Positions 31,559 through 40,976 of a stretch of 64,000 bases of DNA are shown in pieces (position 1 is the stretch's first letter; every line of letters begins with the position of its first letter). A program made the translations under genes and the position numbers. Source of the stretch: an uncultured bacterium (lineage in GTDB: Bacteria; Bacillota_I; Bacilli_A; RF39; UBA660). The DNA lies in contig CAMVPB010000003.1 of the NCBI GenBank assembly GCA_947169285.1, positions 7,867 to 71,866 of the forward strand, written 5' to 3'. The notes below the pieces were generated by a model. It ran no database searches, was not told the origin of the DNA, and saw only the letters and a list, made by a program, of their open reading frames with translations.

Positions 31559-32467
31559 TTATCTTTTATTTTTTATAACAAAATATGAAATTCCTCCAAT
31601 TAAATAAATTATAAGCAATACTCCACTAATTATTAACAATTTAGTATTAACATTTAATGGTTGTTTTTTATTTGAAGGATCTATATAAAATGAAGGTTCT
31701 TCTGTTTGACTTGATGGTTTTTCTGTTTGACTTGATGGTTCTTCTGATGGCTCTTCTGATGGATCTTCAATATCAGTATTTTTATTTACTGTTACTGTGG
31801 CTTTAGCTGTCTTACCATTAGAAGTTTTTACCGTAATTGTTGCTGTTCCTTCTTTCTTTGCAGTTATTACACCATATGAATTTACTTCTACTACTGAAGA
31901 ATTGCTACTACTCCATGTTACATTTTTATTTGTAGCATTGCTCGGACTTATTATTATTGAAAAAGAATCAATTTCATCTTCTTCAAGTATTAATGAAGTC
32001 GGATCTATAGTAATACTAGTTACAGGAATTGTTGTGGGTGTTGGAGTCGGCGTTGGCGTTGGAGTCGGAGTCGGTGTTGGATTAACAGCCGCATTTACCG
32101 TAATAATAGATATGCTCTTTTTTCCATTTGAAGTAGTCGCCACGATTGCAGCAACACCAACCGATTTAGCAGTTACAATTCCTTTTGAATCCACTGTTGC
32201 AACAGAAGTATCACTACTCGTCCATGTTATAGTTTTGTTAGTCGCATTCGCTGGTTCTAATGTAGCAATAAGAGAAAGTTTTCCACCAACATTAATTGTT
32301 TTCGAAGATGGAGTTACTGTTACTTTTGTAACAACTACTGCTGCAAAACTATTCTCTATGATTAATCCTCTTCCTAACAAATATGTAAAAGAGCATACAA
32401 TTAAGAAAACTAGACTTGATAATATCATTAACTTTTTAGTGTCTCTATTTGTATTAATTTTTTGCAT
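31559..32467 (-). CDS. Surface protein with two Big_2 (bacterial Ig-like group 2) domains, a PT-repeat linker and a C-terminal TM anchor
   Basis: N-terminal signal peptide. Big_2 signatures (ITWTSSDTSVATVDSKGIVTAKSVG ... VTWSSSNSSVVEVNSYGVITAKKEG). (PT)7 linker; C-terminal hydrophobic helix followed by KNKR. Confidence 0.75.
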   Translation of the reverse strand: MQKINTNRDTKKLMILSSLVFLIVCSFTYLLGRGLIIENSFAAVVVTKVTVTPSSKTINVGGKLSLIATLEPANATNKTITWTSSDTSVATVDSKGIVTAKSVGVAAIVATTSNGKKSISIITVNAAVNPTPTPTPTPTPTPTPTTIPVTSITIDPTSLILEEDEIDSFSIIISPSNATNKNVTWSSSNSSVVEVNSYGVITAKKEGTATITVKTSNGKTAKATVTVNKNTDIEDPSEEPSEEPSSQTEKPSSQTEEPSFYIDPSNKKQPLNVNTKLLIISGVLLIIYLIGGISYFVIKNKR

Positions 32468-32587
32468 AACAAAACCTCACTATCATAATGCAAGTATATA
32501 TTTTTTTTGAACTTTTGTCAATTAATAACTAATCAAAAGCAAAAATAAAAACCAATTAAGTTTAACTTAATTGATTTATCTATTGTT

Positions 32588-34504
32588 TTAAATATTAGAT
32601 ATTTTTTTCTTTTGAGTTAAGAAATAAGCTATTCCTCCAAATGTAACAATGATCAATAATATTCCTCCAACTTCAAATACACCCGTTTTTGGATTAGTAT
32701 TATCACCTTCTTTAACATATATTACCGTTATATAGTGGTCTTCCGATACATCTTCAAATGTATATTGAGTTTCATTACCTTCTGTGGAAATACTTTCACC
32801 ATCTATTTTAATTTCAGATAATTTATATCCTTCATTAGGTGAATATTCAATTGTTTTATCACTTCCCTCAGTAACAACGTCAGAATCAGTTATATTACCA
32901 TAATAAACTTCAGTTATTATTACATATTCATTCTCATTTGTAGGTGTTTCTTCCGAATTCGCTAATACTGTTATTTTTGAAGTTGCAGATTTATTACCAT
33001 CTATAGTTGTAACTGTTATTGTTGCTGTTCCAGGAGAAATTCCTGTAACAACTCCATTTGCATTAACTGTCGCAACTGACGTATCACTACTTGTCCAAAC
33101 AACATTCTTATTAGTTGCATTAGTTGGCGTAACTATTGCCTCTAATTCCTTTGTATCACCCACCTGCATTTTCCAAGTTGATGGCGTTAACACTATTCCT
33201 GTTACACTAACTGTACTGCTTCCACTTGAAGTCCATTGCGCATATACAGTCATATTTGAACTAGCTATTGATGAAGATGTAACTTTTGTTCCACTTCCAT
33301 TCTTTTTTGTGTTCCATTCTTTGAATGTATATCCACTTCTTGTTGGTGTACATAATGTTCCCCATTTGCTTCCAGAGGTTGCTGTTTTTGTAGTTGGACT
33401 ACATGCATTACCACCATTAACATTGTATGTTAGTGTATACTCTACCGTTGTTGGTGATGTAGGACCAGTTGTAGATGAACTTGAACTTCCCGTATTAGCT
33501 TCAAGAACTTCTATTGCTACACTATCAGAGCAGTCATCAGTATCAGTACAACTTGCATCATTAGTTTTAATACTTATTGTTGCTACACCTGGTGATTTTG
33601 CCCTAACTACACCAGTACTTGAAACAGTTGCAATACCACTTGCATCAGTTGAAAAAGTTACGTTTTTGTTTGTCGCATAATTCGGATAAATATTATAAAG
33701 CAAAGGATACTCTTGACCAACTCGCATTTGTATGTGATCTGATTCACTAGCGAATCGTATACGTATTACAGGAATATAGAATATAAATACAGACCCTCCG
33801 CTGTCTTCACACGCAGTTTCGCATGCTGTCCTACTTGTTATATTTTCTTCTTCCCAATACCCAAACTGATTACTATAACACCAACAACCAGTTTCAGATG
33901 CTGAAGGTTCCTGATATGAACTTGAACTTCCCGTATTAGCTTCAAGAACTTCTATTGCTACACTATCAGAGCAGTCATCAGTATCAGTACAACTTGCATC
34001 ATTAGTTTTAATACTTATTGTTGCTACACCTGGTGATTTTGCCCTAACTACACCAGTACTTGAAACAGTTGCAATACCACTTGCATCAGTTGAAAAAGTT
34101 ACGTTTTTGTTTGTCGCATTGCTTGGAGAAATACTATAAAGCAAAGTATACTCTTGACCAACTCGCATTTGTATGTGATCTGATCCACTAGTGAATCGTA
34201 TACGTGTTACAGAAATGGTTGAAGACGTTGAGGAAGAAGATGATGCTGTTGGTTCAACAAAAGACTCAAATGTTAAGCCAAGGTTTTCACATGCACTTTT
34301 GCAAGCACCTAGGCTACTATAACCAGATCCTATAGAAGTTATTGCTCCGTTTTCATTACAAGAGCAAATCCATGTGCTTGTGTCTACCACAGACATACTT
34401 TTTTGTACAGTTATGTTTTTAGCAAATATTGCTGCTACTATAACTGTAAATCCACATAAAATTGGTATTAAAAACATTTTAAAAGCTTTTTTATTATCAT
34501 TCAT
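32588..34504 (-). CDS. Large surface protein with Big_2 domains, two Cys-rich modules, an exact internal repeat of about 100 aa, a Flg_new (Listeria-Bacteroides repeat) domain and a C-terminal TM anchor
   Basis: Signal peptide. Repeated module IRF(T/A)S(G/E)SDHIQMRVGQEY...NKNVTFSTDASGIATVSSTGVVRAKSPGVATISIKTNDASCTDTDDCSD. Flg_new pattern YTLTYNVNGG...GYTFKEWNTKKNGSGT. Big_2 VVWTSSDTSVATVNANGVVTGISPG. C-terminal TM. Confidence 0.75.
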   Translation of the reverse strand: MNDNKKAFKMFLIPILCGFTVIVAAIFAKNITVQKSMSVVDTSTWICSCNENGAITSIGSGYSSLGACKSACENLGLTFESFVEPTASSSSSTSSTISVTRIRFTSGSDHIQMRVGQEYTLLYSISPSNATNKNVTFSTDASGIATVSSTGVVRAKSPGVATISIKTNDASCTDTDDCSDSVAIEVLEANTGSSSSYQEPSASETGCWCYSNQFGYWEEENITSRTACETACEDSGGSVFIFYIPVIRIRFASESDHIQMRVGQEYPLLYNIYPNYATNKNVTFSTDASGIATVSSTGVVRAKSPGVATISIKTNDASCTDTDDCSDSVAIEVLEANTGSSSSSTTGPTSPTTVEYTLTYNVNGGNACSPTTKTATSGSKWGTLCTPTRSGYTFKEWNTKKNGSGTKVTSSSIASSNMTVYAQWTSSGSSTVSVTGIVLTPSTWKMQVGDTKELEAIVTPTNATNKNVVWTSSDTSVATVNANGVVTGISPGTATITVTTIDGNKSATSKITVLANSEETPTNENEYVIITEVYYGNITDSDVVTEGSDKTIEYSPNEGYKLSEIKIDGESISTEGNETQYTFEDVSEDHYITVIYVKEGDNTNPKTGVFEVGGILLIIVTFGGIAYFLTQKKKISNI

Positions 34505-34567
34505 ATTTTTTCCCTACTTTCTATTTAATATATTACAAGCATTAATTAAAAAAGTCAATGTTTAAAA

Positions 34568-34598
34568 AAACTTGAAATCTATTCTTTCAAGTCTTTTT
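34568..34598. terminator. Bidirectional rho-independent terminator
   Basis: Hairpin cttgaaa-tctattc-tttcaag flanked by an A-run and a T-run. Confidence 0.45.
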
Positions 34599-34734
34599 GA
34601 ATTGTATTAACTTTTAATATGCAATATGTTACATCGTTAATTATTTTATCTAATTTTCTATTTGAATCTATTTTATCACTCTCCTAGTTTAAGGATAAAA
34701 TATTTTTTTAAACATTTCATTATATTCGACAAAA

Positions 34735-35391
34735 CTAGTTATTATTAGATATGTCAATTTTATTTATATTATAAAATTTCATGTCATAAATGACACTTTG
34801 ATAATCATAATTTAAATTTTTATATAAATTAGTTAAGTCCATTTCAATTTTATATTCATTATCTTTATCTGATATAAATTCTATAAGTATTTCTCCACTT
34901 ACAGTTTTTTCTAATTGAGCATTGTTTATTTCATTATATAGATTTAACCAATTATTTGTTTCTATCATATATTTGTTTTTATTACTATATGTTTTAGCAT
35001 TTATTAATCTTAATATATTTTGCGGTTTTATAAATGTGATATCTATATTTTCATTAATTATATCATCTTGATTATATGTATTATTTGAATCGTATTTTTT
35101 AATATTAATTATTTCATTTAATCCCTGCTTTTTAACATTTATATATTCATTAAAATAATATTTATTAATTATTATATCTGATTCATAGTTATTTGAAATA
35201 TCATTTAACACTTTATTATAATCAATTATTTCTTCTTGTGTAATATTTTCATTATAAGTTTTATTATCATTTGACTTACTTGGTACAAACTTAACAATAA
35301 GTGCAACTATAATAATAAATACAAATATTATTCCATAGAAATATGTTGTTTTAGTTTCACTATCTAAATTTTTAAATTTTTCTTTTTTCAT
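34735..35391 (-). CDS. N-terminally anchored hypothetical protein
   Basis: N-terminal TM segment (YFYGIIFVFIIIVALIV) then an Asn-rich domain; 218 aa. Confidence 0.4.
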   Translation of the reverse strand: MKKEKFKNLDSETKTTYFYGIIFVFIIIVALIVKFVPSKSNDNKTYNENITQEEIIDYNKVLNDISNNYESDIIINKYYFNEYINVKKQGLNEIINIKKYDSNNTYNQDDIINENIDITFIKPQNILRLINAKTYSNKNKYMIETNNWLNLYNEINNAQLEKTVSGEILIEFISDKDNEYKIEMDLTNLYKNLNYDYQSVIYDMKFYNINKIDISNNN

Positions 35392-36319
35392 TAAATATCT
35401 TCCCCATTAAATACTCTTTTTTATGACCATTTATAAAGTCTATTGCATTCATTTCTTTTTTACCTTCTGGTTTAAGCCTAGTTATTATGATTTCTAAGTC
35501 TTTACACATTACCCCTATTCCATCTTTATAAATATTTATTATTTCACCAGGAACACCTTTAGAATTGTTTCCAATACACGCTTCTAATATTTTTATATTA
35601 TTATCTTCTAATATTGCATATCCACAAGGAAAAGGATAAAGTCCTCTTATTTGGTTAAATACCTCTTTTGATGTTTTATTAAAATCAATTATTTCTTCTT
35701 CTCTTTTAATATTATAACCATAAGTTGCTTCTTCATTATTTTGAATAATCGATTTATTAGTACCTTCAAATATACTTGGTAATGTCTTAATTAATAATTT
35801 TTTCCCTAATAAAGATAATTTATCATGGAGAGTTCCTACATTATCAGTATCTAATATTTTTATTTCTTCTTGAGAAATAATATCTCCTTCATCCATATGT
35901 TCATTCATATACATTATTGTAATACCAGTTTTATCATATCCATCAATTATAGCATGATGTATAGGAGCTCCTCCTCTTAATTTGGGAAGAAGTGATGCAT
36001 GAACATTTATAGCTTTATATTTTGGCTTATATAACAATTCACTTGGTATTATCTGACCATATGCACAAGTTATAATGATATCTGGTTTTAAATCTAATAT
36101 ATGATTATAATCATTTCTTATTTTTATTGGTTGAAACACCTCAATATTGTTTTTTAAAGCAACTTCTTTTATAGGACTAAACTTAATTTCTCTTTTTCTT
36201 CCAACTTCTTTATCTGGTTGTGTTACAACCAAAATAACATTTGTATTTTCAATAAGTGCTTCAAGTATAGGAACTGCAAATTCGGGAGTTCCCATAAAAA
36301 CTACTTTTTTATCTTTCAT
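35372..36319 (-). CDS. fmt: Methionyl-tRNA formyltransferase
   Basis: Formyl-transferase N-terminal domain (VVFMGTPEFAVP ... HASLLPKLRGGAPI) plus C-terminal domain; 315 aa. Confidence 0.9.
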   Translation of the reverse strand: MKDKKVVFMGTPEFAVPILEALIENTNVILVVTQPDKEVGRKREIKFSPIKEVALKNNIEVFQPIKIRNDYNHILDLKPDIIITCAYGQIIPSELLYKPKYKAINVHASLLPKLRGGAPIHHAIIDGYDKTGITIMYMNEHMDEGDIISQEEIKILDTDNVGTLHDKLSLLGKKLLIKTLPSIFEGTNKSIIQNNEEATYGYNIKREEEIIDFNKTSKEVFNQIRGLYPFPCGYAILEDNNIKILEACIGNNSKGVPGEIINIYKDGIGVMCKDLEIIITRLKPEGKKEMNAIDFINGHKKEYLMGKIFNEKRKI

Positions 36320-36365
36320 ATCTATCCTCTTTTATATAATAAATATTAACAAATTTTAAATTTTT

Positions 36366-38537
36366 TTACAATATATTGATTGGGTTAATATCAATATCAA
36401 TCAATACCTTATTACTGTGATTATCCCTTATGTTTTTTAATGTTTCAAATAAGTTTTCTTCATATTTATACTTTATTAAAATGCTAAAATTATATTTATT
36501 CTTTAATTTAAAAATTCTTGCTAATGAAGGCCCTAATATTATAAATTTTTCATTTAAAGTACTACCTAAATAATCAAATACTTTCTTTGACTCTTTTGAT
36601 GCTTCTTCATAAGAAGTACTACTTATTTTAATTGAAGCTATATTGTAATATGGGGTATATTTAAGTTTTTTTCTTATATTCATTTCGTAGTTATAAAAAG
36701 ATATATAGCTATTATTAATTAAATATTTAAATACATAGTTATCGGTATTATATGTTTGTATTAAAACTTTACCATCTTTTTCAAATCTAGCAGTTCTGCC
36801 AGCAGTTTGTAAAAGTAACTCAAACGTTCTTTCTCCACTTCTAAAATCTGGTATTGCTAAAGAAGCATCAATATTTAGTATTCCAACTAAAGTGACATCT
36901 TTAAAATTGAGTCCTTTAGATATCATTTGAGTTCCAATTAAAATATCATAATTATGTTTACTAAATTCATCTATTAGTTTTTCATAACTACCTTTTCTAG
37001 ATGTAGTATCAGCATCCATTCTAAGTACTCTTGCATCATATTTTGAGCTAATTAATTCTTCTAATTTTTCAGTACCAAGCCCAAGATCTTTTATAGCATC
37101 TTCATGACATTCTGGACATATTTTATCCATTTTTTTAGAATATCCACAATAATGACAAGTTAAGTTATTAGTTGATTTATGATAAATTAAAGATATATCA
37201 CAATTTGGACATTTATAAACATAGCCACAGTTAGAACAACTTATAAAAGTTGAATATCCTCTTCTATTAAGAAGTAAAATTACTTGTTCATTATTTATTA
37301 AACATTTTCTTATTTCTTTATCTAATTCGCTACTTATTATAAAGTTTCTTTTTTTAACTTCTTCATTCATATCAACAAGTTTTATAATAGGTAAATTTTT
37401 AGATATTCTTGTTTTAAGTTCAATTAATTTGTATATTCCTTTTACTCCTCTTGCATATTGTTCTAATAAAGGAGTAGCACTTCCTAAAATACATTTTGCT
37501 TTATGATATTTGCATCTTTCAATAGCTATTTCTATTCCGTTATATTTAGGGGTTGATTCCTGCTTATATGTTGCGCTTTGACACTCGTCAATAATAATAA
37601 TTCCTATATTAAAAAGCGGTGCAAACACTGCACTTCTAGCTCCAACTACAACGCTAACTTCTCCATTCATAATACGTCTATATTCATCATATTTTTCACC
37701 ATTAGAAAGTCTAGAATGAAGAACTGCAACTTTAGTTGAAAACACGCTTTTAAATCTTGCTACTATTTGTGGAGTTAAACTAATTTCGGGCACTAATAAT
37801 ATTGCAGTTTTTCCTAAAGACAAATAGTGTTCTATTAATTTAATATATATTTCAGTTTTACCACTTCCAGTTACTCCGTGAAGTAAAAATACATTCTTAT
37901 TTTTTTCATTAATTATTTCATTAAATGCATTTTCTTGCTCCGAAGTTAATTCTATTTTTTTATTATCTTCATTTAATGAATATGCTTTTCTATTAACTTC
38001 TTCTTTTATTTCTATAACAATATTTTTTTTAATTAAATTATTTAAAGAACTACATAATAAATTCTTTTTTAATATTTTACCTTCTTTTAATATATTTAAT
38101 ATTTCGATTTCTTTTTTCTTTCTTTGATTATTTTTAATATATTCATCAATATTTATTTCATCATTTAATTTTACATAATAAATATATTTTCTATTTATAT
38201 TTGTTTTTACACTAGCTTTTAATGCTTTTGGTAACATTATTTGATAACAACTTATTAAATTACTCAAAGTTGTATTTTTCATAAATTTACCTAATTCTAA
38301 TAAATCTTCTTTTAAATAAAAGTCACTTTCCACAATATCTTTTATTTCTTTCAATTCAAAAGAAGTATCAATTTTATTTGATACATTTAATACAAATCCT
38401 TCAACAAAACTCTTACCAAAAGGCACTAAAACTTTATTACCTTTTTTAATTTTATCTTGTAAATTAGATGGTATTATATAGTCAAAAGTTTTATCTAAAG
38501 ATTTAACATTATATTCTATTAGAACACTCGCTATCAT
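36366..38537 (-). CDS. priA: Primosomal protein N' (PriA helicase)
   Basis: Walker A LLHGVTGSGKTE, DEAH-like IIIDECQ, and zinc-binding Cys clusters (CSNCGYVYKCPNCD ... CHYCGY); 723 aa. Confidence 0.9.
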   Translation of the reverse strand: MIASVLIEYNVKSLDKTFDYIIPSNLQDKIKKGNKVLVPFGKSFVEGFVLNVSNKIDTSFELKEIKDIVESDFYLKEDLLELGKFMKNTTLSNLISCYQIMLPKALKASVKTNINRKYIYYVKLNDEINIDEYIKNNQRKKKEIEILNILKEGKILKKNLLCSSLNNLIKKNIVIEIKEEVNRKAYSLNEDNKKIELTSEQENAFNEIINEKNKNVFLLHGVTGSGKTEIYIKLIEHYLSLGKTAILLVPEISLTPQIVARFKSVFSTKVAVLHSRLSNGEKYDEYRRIMNGEVSVVVGARSAVFAPLFNIGIIIIDECQSATYKQESTPKYNGIEIAIERCKYHKAKCILGSATPLLEQYARGVKGIYKLIELKTRISKNLPIIKLVDMNEEVKKRNFIISSELDKEIRKCLINNEQVILLLNRRGYSTFISCSNCGYVYKCPNCDISLIYHKSTNNLTCHYCGYSKKMDKICPECHEDAIKDLGLGTEKLEELISSKYDARVLRMDADTTSRKGSYEKLIDEFSKHNYDILIGTQMISKGLNFKDVTLVGILNIDASLAIPDFRSGERTFELLLQTAGRTARFEKDGKVLIQTYNTDNYVFKYLINNSYISFYNYEMNIRKKLKYTPYYNIASIKISSTSYEEASKESKKVFDYLGSTLNEKFIILGPSLARIFKLKNKYNFSILIKYKYEENLFETLKNIRDNHSNKVLIDIDINPINIL

Positions 38538-39046
38538 TCTTCGTAATAAACTCCAAATAAATCAATTAATTCATCCAAACTTTTGATTGTTTTATATTTT
38601 CCTTCTTCATGTTCTTTTACAAACTTAATAGGTATTCCACCTTTAGATTCCCAAACCTTTAGATTGCCAGAATAATCATCCACAAGAATTGCTCCTTTAC
38701 TGTGAACCATTTCTGTTTTTTCAAGTTGTTTAGGAGTTAAAACAATGGTTATATCTTTAAAATATCTTCTTAAATAATTAACTTTAACAATACCTTCTTC
38801 TAATGAATTTATGTGAGTTAATATTGATATTTGAAATATATTACTTTTTTTAAGTTTATCAATACACGCTATTGAATTATTTAAAATATTACCATCATTT
38901 ATTATTTTAGAATAATCATATTTAGCAAAGAATTCTCTTTTAGCAGATTCATTAGAAGTATCAACGTTATTATCCTCAAGTGCTTTGTATAAAAATGGAA
39001 TAGTATCCATAATTACACCATCAAAATCAATATATAACTCTTTCAT
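38534..39046 (-). CDS. HAD-superfamily hydrolase, 5'(3')-deoxyribonucleotidase-like
   Basis: N-terminal DxDG motif (IDFDGVIMD); 170 aa. Confidence 0.4.
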   Translation of the reverse strand: MKELYIDFDGVIMDTIPFLYKALEDNNVDTSNESAKREFFAKYDYSKIINDGNILNNSIACIDKLKKSNIFQISILTHINSLEEGIVKVNYLRRYFKDITIVLTPKQLEKTEMVHSKGAILVDDYSGNLKVWESKGGIPIKFVKEHEEGKYKTIKSLDELIDLFGVYYEE

Positions 39047-39055
39047 AAAACCCTC

Positions 39056-40261
39056 CTATTTAATAACAACTTTCTTAAATTGTTTTTTACCTTTTTGAAC
39101 AAGTATTCCACCATCTTTAATAAATGATAAATCTATAATAGTTTTTGGATCACTTATTTTATCACCATTTATACTAATAGCATTTTGTTCAACCATACGT
39201 CTTGCTTCACTCTTAGATGGGAACATCTCAGTAAGCATTAAGAAATCAACAATTGAAATATTAAGATCGCTATGTACTTCAATGGTTTCAGTACTTTCTC
39301 CCATTCCTCTTGACGCAAAGATTTCTTCACTTTCTTTTTTAACTTTTATAGCTTCTTCTTCACCATGTAAATCCTTAATTATTTCATAAGCCAAAGTTTT
39401 TTGAGCAAGTCTTTTTTCTGGTTCGGTTTTAACACTTTCTTCTAATGATTCAATTTCTTCTCTAGTTAAGAAAGTAAATACTTTTAAATACTCAATAACT
39501 TTAGAATCATCTGTATTTAATAAATATTGGTACATTTTGTATGGACTTGTTTTTTCTTTATCAAGCCATAAGGCATTACCTTCACTTTTACCAAATTTAT
39601 TTCCATTTGCATCTAAAATAAGAGGCATAGTAAATCCATAAGCTTCTTTACCTAATTTTTTCTTTATCAATTCTATTCCTGTAGTAATGTTACCCCATTG
39701 ATCTGAACCTTCTACTTGCATAATACAATTCTCTCTTTGAAATAATTCTAAAAAATCATTTCCTTGAATTAATGTGTATGAGAATTCTGCATATGTTATA
39801 CCTGTTTCAAGTCTTCTTTTAATGATATCTTTATTAAGCATATAATTAACGTTTATATATTTTCCTATATCTCTTAAAAAATTTAAATATGAAACATCTT
39901 TAGTCCAATCATAATTATCAACCAATTTAGCTTTACCTTCAAATATTTTATTAATTTGATTTCTTATTCCTTCTATGTTATTTCTAACTGTCTCATAACT
40001 TATAATTTCTCTTTCAGCTGTTGGTCTTGGATCACCTATTAAACCAGTTGCCCCACCACATAATAGTATTGGCTTGTGTCCGTGACGAGCAAGTCTTTTG
40101 GCAGTTACTAGTGATGAATAATGTCCCAAATGAAGACTATCAGCAGTTGGATCCGTACCCCAATAAAATGTTACCTTCTCTTCATTTAATAATCTTTCAA
40201 TTTCAGGACTACTTATATCTTTTATTAGTCCTCTCCATTTCAACTCTTCAAAAAAATTCAT
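39056..40261 (-). CDS. tyrS: Tyrosine--tRNA ligase
   Basis: GTDPTADSLHLGHYSSL HIGH region, KFGKS motif, C-terminal S4 domain; 401 aa. Confidence 0.93.
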   Translation of the reverse strand: MNFFEELKWRGLIKDISSPEIERLLNEEKVTFYWGTDPTADSLHLGHYSSLVTAKRLARHGHKPILLCGGATGLIGDPRPTAEREIISYETVRNNIEGIRNQINKIFEGKAKLVDNYDWTKDVSYLNFLRDIGKYINVNYMLNKDIIKRRLETGITYAEFSYTLIQGNDFLELFQRENCIMQVEGSDQWGNITTGIELIKKKLGKEAYGFTMPLILDANGNKFGKSEGNALWLDKEKTSPYKMYQYLLNTDDSKVIEYLKVFTFLTREEIESLEESVKTEPEKRLAQKTLAYEIIKDLHGEEEAIKVKKESEEIFASRGMGESTETIEVHSDLNISIVDFLMLTEMFPSKSEARRMVEQNAISINGDKISDPKTIIDLSFIKDGGILVQKGKKQFKKVVIK

Positions 40262-40264
40262 ATA

Positions 40265-40500
40265 ATATTTCTCTCCTTTTAAAGCAAAAAAATGGTATCA
40301 AAGAAAGTCACAAGGACGGTACCATTTCTCAATTTCACTCTAATGTTTTATAGCTCATCAGCTTTATAAACTCATAATATCGTAATTCATTAAAGATATC
40401 TGCTTATTTACACCGACCATAAACTCTCTTTAAAAAATATTCTTTAACTACTAAAATATTAATCAACATTTATTTCAAAATTATTTTAACATAGAGATAA
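40265..40500 (-). promoter_or_regulatory. Putative T-box leader (tyrosine specifier) upstream of tyrS
   Basis: The minus strand has AAAUGGUACCGUCC, resembling the T-box GGUGGUACCGCG core. A candidate UAC specifier lies in ...AAUUACGAU... . A hairpin plus U7 run sits just before the tyrS SD. Gene context supports it; the full fold was not verified. Confidence 0.5.
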
Positions 40501-40662
40501 TAAAATATCAATAAGTTAAAATTGTGAATTCAGACACACAATTCATTTTCAATTGACAATATTCAATATTTACATATTAGTTTTAATTAATATTTGCATC
40601 AATTGCCAAAGAGCAAAAAGCAATTTTTAATAATTTGAACTATAAAATTTATTGTGATAATA

Positions 40663-40886
40663 TGTCTAAGACATGCTTAAAAAGTGTTAGTGCATTCCTT
40701 TAAACCAAATATTTAAAGGAGGTGATTTTATGAATAAAAGAGAATTTTCTTTTTTTATAATTATTATCATCTTGCTTATTATAATATACAAAATATTATT
40801 TTAAACAAAACGCTCTAACACCTAGGTGTTAGAGCAGCCCAAGATTGGAATGCATCTAATATCTTTAGAGCATGTCCTTTTTATTA
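40663..40886 (+). ncRNA. Copy 3 of the structured repeat element with its small ORF
   Basis: TTGAAC-17-TGATAATAT promoter (40636-40664). P1 is gacatgct (40668-75) with agcatgtc (40869-76), followed by a T5 run. P2 is tgcattcc with ggaatgca. A perfect palindrome gctctaacac-ctag-gtgttagagc followed by gTTTTgTTT on the minus strand acts as a minus-strand terminator. A convergent minus-strand extended -10 TGATATAAT lies at 40911-40919. Confidence 0.5.
40730..40804 (+). CDS. 24-aa ultra-hydrophobic peptide (MNKREFSFFIIIIILLIIIYKILF), ortholog of the 24426..24506 ORF
   Basis: SD AAAGGAGGTGA 5 nt upstream. N-terminus MNKRE is conserved with copy 2 and the hydrophobic core is conserved in character. 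Confidence 0.5.
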   Translation: MNKREFSFFIIIIILLIIIYKILF

Positions 40887-40976
40887 TATGAAGTTTCCTT
40901 CAATAAATACATTATATCATTTTTTATATCTTTTGTATACATAACTATTAAGTGTTTAGTAAAAAATAATAATATA

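Noticed and set aside
31797-32510. 237-aa plus-strand ORF antisense to the Big_2 surface protein gene.
   Set aside because: It is generated by the GC-rich PT repeat and Thr/Val-rich codons of the opposite strand. It has no independent support.
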